A stretch of DNA of 49,248 nt from Ancylonema sp. (Eukaryota), in contig JBFLGF010000022.1 in NCBI GenBank assembly GCA_050230475.1, positions 62,001 to 111,248 of the forward strand, read 5' to 3'. The notes below the pieces were generated by a model. It worked only from the letters and a program-made list of their open reading frames with translations. It was not told the origin of the DNA and made no database searches. Both the position numbers and the translations under genes were made by a program. Positions 13,095-25,036 of this stretch are shown here, piece by piece. Positions within the stretch are counted from its first letter, which is position 1. Each line of letters begins with the position of its first letter.

Positions 13095-14080
13095 GGCCTG
13101 CACATCTACATCCCCTTCGGCAACTGGAGATTGTGGAGATCTGTCTCGAGGGAGGCTCCATCGTTTCCCACGTCACGCCGCAGACGGACTGCATCTACAC
13201 CAAAAACCGCTATCGCCAGAAGCTGCGACAACTTCAACTCCGCGTTCCAGACCAGCTGCCGAACTCTGCGATCGAACATTGCGATGAAATCCTATCTACC
13301 AGCGTCACCAACACAACCACGGAGCAGATGGACGCACTCTTTCGTCAGAAAGGCCCCTTTGACGTGGTCGGTGGTAACTATAACACGGAAGTGGAACGTA
13401 CTTACAGCCCTCTCCGTGGCGGACAAGACCATTGCCTCACTCCACTTCTCGTTGTCATCAAATAGATGCACTACAGCGCACGGCTCGCACAATTCTACCC
13501 GGTGCATATTTTCTACACCCACATCGGCACACCCGAGTACCCTCCTTGGGTGGACGACCTGTACCACGTGGCGCGTGCATTCCTTGGCAACGCTGCAGAG
13601 CTCCAACCACTCTAGTTCCAAGGCCACGTCCATCGTCCAGCTAAGGTGTGGACCAACAACATTACACCACGCGAGCTAGAACTTGCGCAACCCAACAAGC
13701 AGACCCGGGAGCCGCTGCAAAACCTTCTGCAACCGGGGCACACCGCACAAATCATGACTCTTCCCGACCTGGTGAATCACAAACTCAATCGCATGGGCAA
13801 CCGCCTGGCTGTGTTCCCCACGTTGAGTCCTTACCTCTGGACAAGTGACTATACACTGCGATCGGATGGACGACCTGGCATCGGGATGCTGTTCGATGCA
13901 CCATCTCAGCAGTACGTGCCACCTTCCCCATTCGAGATCGAGCAAGCCCTGGGACGACCTGTGGGATACACAGCTCATGGACGCATCAGCCTCCCACTTG
14001 GGTCACATGATTTGGGCCACATGATGGACGGACGACTCATCATGTTCCTGGCGGAAATCCTCCAGGGTACCAAACCATAG
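13095..14080 (+). pseudogene. Degenerate C5 cytosine DNA methyltransferase-like domain (retrotransposon type), catalytic motifs substituted
   Basis: Joining one frameshift (~13122) and two TAG stops (13463, 13613) gives GLHIYIPFG..LEIVEICLEGG...KLRQLQLRVPDQLPNSAI...GPFDVVGGNY...FQGHVHRPAKVWTN...LLQPG...NRMGNRLAVFPTL...GIGMLFD...PSPFEIEQALGRPVGYTA...LGHMMD. This is collinear with DNMT motifs I-X as recalled for charophyte retrotransposon DNMTs. Confidence 0.72.
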
Positions 14081-14990
14081 GGATCGCCCCTCACCTCGGA
14101 ACAAAGGTATTTACCAACCTCAACTCTGGGGGGGAGGGACACTTGATCCTCTGTTCAACAATTTTCAACCAATCATGTCAAACCACACGGACGGAACAAT
14201 TCAAAATCCAAAGTCACTAGTCTAAACCAAACTCCGGGCAAACCCAATACAGCCAAAAGTCAAAACACCAATTTAGGACCTAACATGGTATCGAAACCCG
14301 GTCCACGACCACGGTCCTCAAATTCAACCAAACCAACCAAAATAAGGCCTAAAAACTCAACGGTCAAACTTGATCCTTGTGATCCACGAAATTCTGGTCT
14401 CCGGTCCTTACCTGGTCAGCAGAGTAACACTCGGAATCAGCCTTCAACCATCCCAGACCTACCAAACATCACTTGGATATCCAACCAACCAAGACGACAA
14501 TCTCATTCAACATCTCATGCTGCCTCTTACCACACGAGGAAACACCATAAAAAACAACATGAAGATTTCTCATTCATCAACCACACTTTTCAATACCAAC
14601 CATCGGAACCACCTTTAGTATCACCTGTACAATTACAATTTTCTTTATCACCATATTCTACCTCACTATCCACAATCTCGGATTATCTCCGCATACCCGA
14701 TAGTCTACCAGACTTGCTGGATGTACCATCTTCCCCAGATTATGAACATACTGTGTATACATATTTGGATGATTCCACCATTCCTACCTATACTCAGGGA
14801 TCTTCACCTGACCTTGACGTATTGTTCGCATTATTAAGTACACGATTACCTTCTACTAGTGATCTTGTCTTACCTTCACCTTCCACTTCTGCCACTCAAC
14901 CACGGCATACTTTTGTCATGTTCTTATACAACCTCGTATGATGTTGTTTCCCAGCTCCTTCACAAGCGTTCCAGAGCTAGGGGGGGGGGG

Positions 14991-17707
14991 TGAGAGCAAC
15001 CGGACCACCAAGTCCACCAGAGACCCTTCGATCACCTACGAACATCATCGATACCAACCCAGTCAACATCATCGCTACTCCACCGCGAGCATTACCACAT
15101 GCATCCTTCTGAGAAACATCCGGGAACAAAGGTGACAAAGTATGAAGAATATCATTTCTGGCGGCCGACTCCAAACAACACGTCAGCTGTCATGACGCTA
15201 GAGACCGCTAAGGCGAAATCCCTCTAGATTGATCGGAAACCTCTCTAGATTAATACTCTGCTATAACGAGAGTATTCGATATAACGATTTTCTAAAATTA
15301 GTACCTTGCTGAGAAAATAGTGAAGTACGAAATTTGAACGACTCGAAAATAACGCGTGGCGTATTTTCCGAAGTCTAGAATCCAGCAGTCTTCAACAAAT
15401 AGTTGCGTGTCGATATTGTTAAAATCACAAGTCCCTTTCGACTTGTCGATAATCCCGGCGATTAAATCCAGCCGTAGAACTAGAGAAATATCTCGCGCCG
15501 TTGTCATCGGAGCGGCCGAGATTATATCTTCGACAGTTTGAAGCCAGCCTGTCGCCGACAATTTAATAGTTTAACTCTAGTTAACTCTGCCGGTTAGCAC
15601 CGCGCAACAACTTTGTGATAAAAGTCAAATCGTACTTTCAGATCTGCGAGCTTCCGCTGTCACATTGCGCTGTTAAGAAATCCTTTCCAACAATTTTCTG
15701 TGTAATCTGAATCCTTTGCAATTCTGTGAATATTGCATCCCTTCGCTTACGCGACTTCGCAACATGCTCGTCTTCCGACTCAACCTGACATCCGTGAGCC
15801 AGCCGGTAAGATTGCAAATCATTCTTTGCAATCTGTGTGTGTGTGTATTTGCTCCGATTCATCGTAATCTGTTGCTGACGCTCTTTCTGAGCCAGCTTGT
15901 TAATCGACTGTAATTTCTTACATCGATTCGCGGACGCTCTCTTTGAGCCAGCAAGCGTGCGTGGTGTGTTAAACATCTGTCGATTTGGCCGCGTCCGCTC
16001 CGAACCGGCAATTTCATTTGTGTGTGTGTGTTTGTTGTTGCTCGCTCCGAGCCAGCATTTGTTGTTTACACCTCTGCTGACGCTTTTTCTGAGCCAGCAT
16101 CTTTTATCGACGCGCCGTCGATACTTTGCTTTCGCACCGAAAGTAACTCTTACGGCTGTTAACCTTGATAGTCTGCTCCAGACGCAACCAGACTATCTTG
16201 TTTGCTTTATAGTATTTTTTTGTACTATAAACCATCTGTTAGCTCGCCCTCGGCGTTAAGTAGTGAATTTCACCACATCGCTGAGACGTGTGATAGATAT
16301 AATATTGATATCTCAGCAGAGACTCAATCTGCAATACTACTTAGTGAACCCACTCTCATCGATTTCGCTCACATGTGCATATTTTCTTATAGCCTGCCTT
16401 TTCGCTGCATTCGAGGAGCCATGTTCTTTTTGTCGAAAGAGGTAAATTCAATATGCCTTGTCGCGCCACAATAGTTACATCTTTCATATGTCATACCGCT
16501 AGAGATCGTTAGAAAGTAAAGTCTTTTTAATTGTCGATCCGCTTGAAAAATAGCAATTTTAGTAGTTGTCGATTTTTAGTCGTTATATTGAACTCTGTCG
16601 TTAAATGAGTTTCAATCAGTCAGACGTTTGACTTTATAATTTTGTTATACTCAGTCAATCTAGAAAAGTCGGTGTACCACTTTTTAGATTTTGAGTCAGA
16701 GTATTTTGTCGTATCGACGAGTTAGTAGATTCCCAATGCGCGCCGAGTTTTATCTTAGTCAGCCAGCCTGTAAGCCAGCCTGGCGTTTAATCCGCCGCAC
16801 GTGTTAAATCTAGAACTCTAGAATAGACAGTCACGATTAGCTGTCTAGTCGATATTCGTATCAAGATAAGATCTAGATTACCGCGCGTGTGAAACGGCGC
16901 GTCGATTGTACTAAAGCCTAAGTCGCTTTCTGAACTGCCAGCTTCCGCCGTCAGATTACGCTGTCTGAATTTCAACAACTCTTTGCAATCGCCATCTGTG
17001 CAATCTCTGTGAATTCGTGTAATCTGCAATCGTCAACAATCGTTATCAAGTGTGCCGTTTCGCCTTTGATATTCTCTGTGAATTTTTGCAAACTTCTCGC
17101 GTCGCTCCATCCAGCCGTAAGTTGAAATTGCCTGTTTGCTTCTGCGTTTGTGTGCGTGCTGTCGCATCTCAAGTAGTACAAAAAGTCGTGTGCCGTTTCG
17201 CATACGCATCGTGTGGAATTCTGCTGTAGTCATAATTATCGCTACCCTTGCAAAATCGTGACCCTTGCAAGTCGTTGATTGTCAGCCGTTTTGCTGACGT
17301 AAATCGTTACAATTAGCTGCACCGTTCGTGCGAGCTCAGCCAGACAATTCACCCTTCGAATTACCTGCACCCGTTCCAGTTTTCTCAGTGAATCGTTTTA
17401 TTCACGACAAAGTTTGATTCCCGAAACGAATAGTGAGTGCGCACCCCGTCGCAACCAACCATCTTTCATTCTGCACCCTTGTAGAAATTCTATAGCTATT
17501 TGCCTTGCGTTCTCTTTACTCGTAGCTGTCACCTGTTGTGAAGTACGATAACCTGCAACGCATGATTAACCTTAGTGTTGTTTTTAGACCTCCCACCACT
17601 AAGCGTTGAGTGCACTCAGCTTTCGGTGAGTAGTAGCTACGGCAAACTTCGTTGATAAGTCACATACCGTGCTTGAATTACATTCTTGTGTGGTCTGTAG
17701 GGATTCA
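14991..17707 (+). repeat. Putative long (~2.7 kb) 3' LTR of the middle element
   Basis: TGA start directly after the PPT; contains the segment duplicated at 2636-3088; candidate end TCA at 17707 (end uncertain). Confidence 0.62.
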
Positions 17708-17709
17708 AC

Positions 17710-18833
17710 CTACACCAATCTACAGCTGTGAGATCCAGATGATGACCAAAGTCCCAATCCTGATGCTGCTCATCCAGACAAGCAGCCAAGTTATCAACCG
17801 ACATCCGCATTTTCATCGACGCATAAAATTATTAAAAGTCAAGTTTCGCAGATTTTTCCAAATTTTGAGAGAATTCGCCGACAGGCTGTCTGCCGACTCC
17901 ATCTAGCACGTCACATATCTCCTCGGACAGTCTTTGCTGAAGTGACATGATCTTCCGCAAGTGCAAAAAACATCACCACTACATGTTCTTCTCCCATTGC
18001 CACCACCTCGATCACTTATGCCCCCTCAATATCCACCATAGTCACATGTGCCAGCACCTCTGCCTCCACGATTATCGCCACCACCACCTCTCTCTCGATT
18101 CGAAAATATTTGACGTGCATCCCACTTTGCATAATTTTCTTCATCAAGTAGCGCTTCAGAATCCCTTCTACCTTGCTCTTTCTCATCATCAAGCTCATCG
18201 ACACCAATCTCTGCCCAAACCCAACTGATTCCGGGAGCCTTTGCTTGGCCGAAGTACAACTTTTTGAGCATCCCATACTTTGTCCTTGACATCCCCGCGA
18301 AGAGCGTCATCACTTGATCCTCCTCATTGACATCGTACTGATCATGTGTGCATGCTCTGATAATCGATAAAAAGTCCTTCTTGATGTCTCGAACATACAG
18401 TTTCTAATTTATTTTGCAGGAATTATTTTGAAGGACTCCGGAGTTATTTGAGCTCCGGAGTCACTTTGTCGAATTCTTCTTCCAGGTACTTTCACAATTA
18501 TGAAGGTTTTCTCTCTTACTGCTCAAGGGCTTTAGCTATATCCTCACTCACAAGTCCCATCAACAACATCACAACTTTCTTGGATCGCTCGCGAAAACTT
18601 ATAATGTTTTTTGTTTATTGATCCAACTCATCTTGATTCATGATCCAGTGCTCATCATTATATGCAGGATAAACTTCATCTGGTTTTGTCTCTAATCCCT
18701 TGCGGATCTCAAGACAATCTGCGTCGTCGGGAGTTGCAAATGCCTTAGATTGCCATGCTTGAAAAGGAACTCTATCTCCATCTAAAATGCAGTACCTTGC
18801 TCTGATGCCAGTTTTGTTGCTATCTTCTGGCAT
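17710..18833 (-). pseudogene. gag remnant of outer Copia
   Basis: N-terminal ILDGDRVPFQAW follows the PBS; Gly/Arg-rich stretch; degenerate zinc knuckle FCTCGRSCHFSKDCP near 17925-17970. Confidence 0.8.
18799..18810 (-). promoter_or_regulatory. Primer binding site (3' end of tRNA-iMet)
   Basis: TGGCATCAGAGC, one mismatch from canonical TGGTATCAGAGC, a few nt inside the LTR end. Confidence 0.85.
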
Positions 18834-19216
18834 CGATGGAAGAAGTAACAGATTTCACACACTTGAAAAGCGAAACATTCACAGCGATACAAACACACAC
18901 AACAAAAGTGCAAGCTTGAGATAAATTGATTAAAGGGAGAATTTTGCTTGCAAGCTCAGACTCACTATAATCGAGTGCGATCCATAGCACCTCCTAGTCA
19001 AAGATCCACCAACATCGAAAGTACCTAGTCAACACCAATCATATTATAGCATTGTGCCAAGTCATCTATTCTTATCGACATTGTGCTAGGTGGCCAAACG
19101 TAATCATACCGACAAGTAATTCGGCCGGCATTGACAAAATTAAAAAACTAAAACTTAACTTATGCGAAAGCCTAAATTCGATGATAACAAAAGTTCACAG
19201 CCCCTAACAACTAACA
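18815..19216 (-). repeat. 5' LTR of outer Copia (~400 bp)
   Basis: TG...CA on the minus strand, adjacent to the PBS; distal 150 bp repeated at 1-145. Confidence 0.85.
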
Positions 19217-19688
19217 CCTACCGCATATTTTGGCATTTGTAGCAACCGCGGTAGTTATCGCGGGAGGACAGTAAGAAGTAGGGTGGTATCCTACTACCGC
19301 CGTTTTGGCATTGTGTCCTAAAAGGACGGACCACGGTCCGGAACCGGGACCTTGGAACCCCGGTCCGCCGGTTCGTGCAACTATAAACAAAATTTTGTTA
19401 TATCCGTCTCTATTTCTATTATGTGTATTTCAGATCAAATATTTTTTGTGAACATTCCTTCATGTTATTCTTCGATATGATTTTTGCAACCATTTGTCGA
19501 GGGGTTCATAGTTGCACAAAGCATTTGCATGTCGCAAAACCCTGCGAGTCGAGACGGGAACGGTGCGAGCCCAATGAGCCGGATTGTGCCAACGAATCAA
19601 TTGTATGTTTTCTTGAGGAACGGGTTACGTAATGGGCAAACCGGGTGATTTGAAACAGTAAACAAAACAAATAAACAGAAAACGAATA

Positions 19689-19926
19689 CCGTAGTGGCCA
19701 TACATAATGACCCGGGTTTTAAGAAAATAATTAATTTAACTAAGAAACCACCACTTGACCCAACCCGCGCACCCGATACAAAATTTCTAAAAATCCTGAA
19801 AAATATTTATTATCTGGTGACCCACATTATGGAATGACCCACTTTTTTGAAAAATTGAATTATTTAATTTGACCCGACCCACCCTTCTCATAATTATTTG
19901 CGGGTCATTATTTGTGGCCAGTACGG
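19689..19926. mobile_element. Tc1/mariner-type MITE (238 bp)
   Basis: TIRs CCGTAGTGGCCATACATAATGACCCG / CGGGTCATTATTTGTGGCCAGTACGG, flanked by TA on both sides. Confidence 0.9.
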
Positions 19927-20471
19927 TAAACAAGTACATGTCGGAAATAATGGTCAAACAATTTTCCCTTGTTTCTTCGTCAACACGTACAACACATTCT
20001 GTGCATTCACCAATTGTGTGATACGAAAGCTACTCCACAAAACATAGCGTAGTCTTGTCAAACATAACATTTGTTTCACAACTGAAGTGATCAAATTCGT
20101 GTTCTAGGGCACCCAAGACGTTTTTTTTTCGGTTATTGTTCTCTGATTCGCATGCAAGCAATCTCGCACAACAAGAAGATTCCGCGCACAACAAGAAGAT
20201 GTGTCATAATCACAGGGGGCGGACAGAAGGAGAGACGATAAGTGACAGGAAGCGGGATAGAAAGAGGACAAGAGATAACATTAAAGAAGTACGTAGGAAC
20301 CAACTACCTATTGCCAGCTGCGTGACAAAGAACACCACATGAACAACAACAACAACACCCTGACCAAAAAAATAATCCTACAGAGGAAGCTACTCTGGAA
20401 AATGGACTCCTCTTCCTCGCCCCAACTCCGTGTCGCCACGTGTCGCCACATAATCATCCTCTCTACCTCCT

Positions 20472-23410
20472 CTACCCCGCTCTCCTTGTCCAGAAGAAGT
20501 CATAATCCGACACAACCTTCCCCGCCCTCCCCCCCATTCCTTGTGCCAGGGTGGCAGCACCCGCTTCCAAGCACGCCAACCTCGTTTGGTGCACGGGGGA
20601 TTGCGCCTCCCTCCACTCCTCCCCCCCCCCTCCCCCCCGGCACCACAACCACTTCTCCTTCAGCGGCCCCGAGTGGTACCACTGCATACCCACGGGGGGC
20701 AGGGTGGACCCCAACCGCTGCCCAACCACGTGGTAGGTGAGAAAGGCGGTGCGCAGCGGGCCCTCGGCTATTCGGTACACGGGGTACCACGCCACAGAGA
20801 ACCTGCCACCACCCAATGGTATGAGCACAACTCCCCACTATGGTCTGCGTATAGTCACCTACCATGAGGCGGGATGCAGGTCGGCAATGTCTGCGTGGGG
20901 GAGACCCAGTGAGTCCACTCTGCAACAAAGAAAGGAACACCACCCCGCCCTTGTCATCCCCTTCTTCCTTTTACTGGCACACCCTCGTTATAGTCACAGA
21001 CTCTGCGTCACTGACCTGTGTATCAGCGGCAGTCGCAGCTGGGGTTGGCAGGTCTCAATGAACTCAAACAGGAGTGTGGGCGACAGTGGTTGCGGTTGGG
21101 ATGTAGGTTGGGTGGGTGGGCGGGAGAAGAGCTGCACTGCCGATAGGGACGGCACAAAATGCGCCGTCACAGGACAACTACTTCTGGACCAATCCGCCGT
21201 CGCCACCTGGACTCCGTACACGCTGGCCTCCTCGTACCATTGCCAGATGTGAGTGAGGCGTCCTTGCAGGGGGAGGGTGGGGGCCACTGCGGACAAAAGG
21301 CGTTCGTACTCACCAACCCCCACCCCCTCCCCCTCTACGCGCAGCTGGGCTGATGCAGACTCCTGGGCTGCACGCAGCACTGCTTGGACCTTCACATCTA
21401 CCTCCCCCATCCCCACCCCCTCCCCTTCTCCCTTCCCCTCCTCCACCCCCCCCACCACCACCCCCTCCTCCTCCCCTCCCTCTTCTCCCTTCCCCTCTTT
21501 TCCTTTCCCGTTTGCTTGTTTCCCCCCCTTCCCTTCCCTCCTCCTCCCCCCCAAGGTCCCATTAGTGTGCGGCCATGTGTTGGAGGAGGAGGCATTGCCA
21601 GAAGAGTCCCGCGGCACACCACCACCACCACCCCCCTCCCCCCCATCGCTGTCGTCCGAGGGGTCGGAATCGCCCCCTCCGCCACCCACCAACCTCCAAC
21701 CGTTGGCAGCCCCTCTTCTCCCTCCCCCTCCACCACCCCCTGGTAGTCCTCCTCCGGCCCCTCCCCCCCCCCCCCTGCCACTTGAACTTTGATCCCCTCC
21801 CCCCCCCCCGCCACTCCTGCTCCCCCCCCCCCCAGTGGGGGTGGAGGAGGAAGCCCCAGGCTCCCTCTTCCCCCTCCCCACCCCCCCGTCTCTTGCCACT
21901 TCAGCCAGAACAGGGCCACCTTCAACGCAACCCTCCCGCTGCAGGGGGGGGGCGGCAGGTGGAGGTGGGGTCTGGCCCAGACTGCCTGGTTCTACAATGG
22001 GCGCGTTTCTGTGCTTCTTCCTCTTCTTCTTCTTGGAGGCGGAGCTTTTGGATGGCTTCAGGGCCTCTGCCACCTGCGCCTGCTGCTGCCCACCACCCCC
22101 AACCTCCCGCTCCTCTGCCACCTCAGCATCTGCCGCGGGAGTGGAGAGGGTGGCGGGCAGGGGGCGCCCCAGCACATGCAGCAGGTGTGCCCCCTTCTCC
22201 ACCTCCCCCCTCCTCTCCTCCACCCCCAGGGGTAGTGAGCGGAACAGGGGGAGGGAAGGCGGCTTGGAGGGCGACAACAGGGAGGGGAGGTGAGAGGGAA
22301 GGGTGATGACCGTCAACACGATACACCTGCAGGACACAACACAGGGAGGGAAATTCAACTTCCCTCGAATGCAGAGGCTAGAGGGCAAGAGGGCATGAGG
22401 GCATGAGGTTGCCTACCGGAGCCATGGTGGGGAGTCCTCTCCGTTGACCACCGCTGTACACTGCATCCCCTGACCGCATTTCACATACACGTCCGTGGCA
22501 GCCGTCAACAGTCGGGCCGGGGGAGGTGCAGAAGATCTTCCACACGCCAGGGCATGGCGACCCCTCTGAGTGCGACGGTACTCCACCTGAACCCACCCTC
22601 CAACCTCACTACCACGACGCAGCTGGGGGGGGGGGGGGGAGATGCAGGGTGGCAGTGCCTCACTGTCTGCTGATGCTGTGACAGCTGTGCGCAAACGTGA
22701 GCCCCGCTCATGTGGTAGGTGAAAGGGGCTGGGAGGTAGCGACCCTTCACACTGCCGAACAGCTCGATGCGGTACTGGCTGCCACAGAACTCCTCGTCCA
22801 TCTGCGCCACGTGGCAGCACGTCAGGGTAGGAGGGGATTGTGCCAGCTGGCAAGGAAGTGACAACGGGGTAAGAGCAGCACCTGGTAGCAGAGGCTGGTG
22901 GGGCCCGCAAGGAAACGCGGCACCCATCGGTCGTAGGCGAGGTGATACACACGGCAGGGAACTGGGAAGGAAAAAGGAAGTATGAGCAAAAGACATGGAC
23001 GTGTAGCGTAGCATAAAGTAGCAGCCCCTCTTCCCTCACCTCCCAAATCCTGGAGATCTCGAGCCGTGTCGCACTGCAGACGCTCATCTCGCTGAATAAT
23101 CTGCGAGGAGCAACAAGAAGTAGGAAGATAAGCAAACACGCGGGATGATCCCAGCGCGGGATGATGAGCGCATATTCATTACTTCCCTAGTCACTACACA
23201 CGGAGTGCATACGGGATGCGAGGAGGACCTGAGGATGCTGCAGCTTGCCAACACTGCGATCACCACATCGCAAAATGGCCTGCCAGGATCGCAGATCTTT
23301 GAGGAGATCTGGCGGCGGGGCGGAGGCCTCTTCCTGACTGCGGCGGTACACCAGACGCTTGCTGTTTTCGGGAATGCCTTCCTTGCCCTGCGTGGCAAGA
23401 TCGGAACTTG
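20472..23410 (-). CDS. DUF789-family protein, multi-exon (5' exons and start uncertain)
   Basis: Exons 22326-21016, 20919-20863 and 20802-20472 splice GT-AG in frame: IWQWYEEASVYGVQV...AHFVPSLSAVQLF...LLFEFIETCQPQLRLPL...DLHPASWFSVAWYPVYRI...AFLTYH...DYDFF. Further candidate small exons near 22417-22586, 22745-22802, 23040-23100, 23230-23410. Confidence 0.88.
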
Positions 23411-25036
23411 AATCCGTCAACAGAGGATGAGCCGAAACTTCAAAAAATATTTGCGAACTTCGGATCTGTGCTCGAAAAGTTTGCTTTGCACCTTTGCAAA
23501 ATGAATTTCGTCTGCATGCCTGATCAGAAAAAAACACACACCTGTATTTTTTGCTTCACCGCTTGAAGGTACGCGCCGGGATCCACCAAAACCTGCGACC
23601 ACAAACTCGAATTCAGGTTCGAATTCAGGAAAGGGAGGCTGTCCTCATTCAGCTCAGATACATTAGGCGAAAAACGACGCAATTCACATAAAGCATTCAG
23701 CAGAATTCAAAAACAAACAGCGGCCATCGCAGACACCCGAGAACCAGCCACGCGGAGGCGCGTGGAGTCTGTTTATGACAAACTCGTCATATACAGCTGT
23801 AACCGAGATCATACAGAATTCAATGCGTTAGAATCCGAGAAGTCTTCACAGGATCCTTAAATTTTACTTACCGTTGTCGAGCCTCCCATACCGGTGAAAC
23901 TTCGAACAACATTATCGCCATCTCGAGTAGGAGACATCCTTCTACCTCCAAACTCCAGTCTACAGCAGGTGCGAAGGAAAAAAAGCTGACACTGTACTCA
24001 AAAAAAAATTCGAATGGAACCTGGACAAATTTGACAGACAGTTGTATGTCATGCAGGTTGCGCAGAGGATGTTCAGTGTTTATCCACAGGGCTCCTTCCC
24101 CTCCCTACTTGTGCTGCTTCCTGCAGGGCAGACCGAAATTCTTCATGAAAAGAGCTCGGCGATCCCGCTTTAATTTCTCGGTCCCACCTCTGGGAAACCT
24201 CCTCTGCCCGGATAACGAAGGATTCGATATAACAGAACACCCCTTTTCGCTAACGGCATTCTCTCGATTCACCGTTACCGACGACTGACCGACTGGTAGA
24301 CTGACTGCCTGGCTGGTCAAATGACGGCCGGCCGGTGACATGAACGCTAGACCAGGGAGAGAGAGCCCCATTGAAACTTCCGCGGTTATTTCCTTCACGA
24401 TTCGTATGCAGGCGTGTAACTTCGACAAATATATAATGCGATGGTGGCGAGGTATAATTAAGTGATGATCTAAGGCTAGTGATGGGTTTTCTTGGTAAAC
24501 TCGGCGCAAACCGGACATCAAAAATAAATTGGGAATCCCCATAAGGAGTGCCTTATGGGACCTCGACTTCACTTTGCTTGTGTACCAAATCGGGTTCGGA
24601 CATCCCACAAGGTTCAAGGTCCCGCTTCAGGATCTGAATTTTAACTTCGTACCTAGAATCGGCCAGCAGATGTGCTTGTCTTCGCTAATGCCGGTGTCTA
24701 AGGTACATCATGTTTTTGCTTATTAGCATCAAATTTAGGGGACCGAAAACCTTCCGCGGTTGTTTCGAAACGGTGAGATTTCGGTCCTCTAGAATAACAT
24801 GTCTAACATAATTACCGAGTCGAAAATGCCGAATCTAGTGACAACGCTTGCGACCATCAAGTTAGACCTTTGGGTCAACGTTGCTTTGCGAGCTCGTTGG
24901 TACCCTCGTACTCAGCGTCTAGGTGTGGACTCATTCTAACAACTTAACAATTAATAATGATTTTGAATTTTTTTTTTAGACTCACTTCAATTTCCGCACT
25001 GGTGTGACCGTCAATTCTTGAGTCCCGTCTCCGTTG

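Larger units (their letters stand above)
2636..17707 (+). mobile_element. Middle Gypsy-like LTR element: gag, truncated protease, coiled coil and DNMT-like domain; no RT/RH/INT seen
   Basis: 2636-3088 is a near-identical copy of 15705-16161. PPT A(G)11 at 14979-14990 is followed by TGAGAG. Gag knuckle and DSG protease are internal. The right boundary (…GGATTCA 17707) is inferred from where outer gag sequence resumes. Confidence 0.75.
1..19216 (-). mobile_element. Outer Ty1/Copia LTR retrotransposon (decayed; 3' LTR runs off the left window edge; two nested insertions)
   Basis: 1-145 matches 19066-19216 (roughly 85-87% by eye), both starting TGTTAG on the minus strand. PPT at 146-154, PBS TGGCATCAGAGC at 18810-18799. 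Remnants occur in Copia order gag-INT-RT-RH on the minus strand. Confidence 0.92.

Noticed and set aside
14285..14941. 218-aa ORF before the PPT as a possible env-like gene
   Set aside because: Ser/Thr/Pro-rich product of C/A-biased sequence with no signal peptide or clear transmembrane segment; unsupported.
21253..22306. Several Pro-rich plus-strand ORFs
   Set aside because: Antisense shadows of the Gly/Glu-rich DUF789 exon.
24998..25023. CCGTCAATTC resembling a conserved SSU rRNA site
   Set aside because: Only ~10 nt match; no flanking rRNA similarity.
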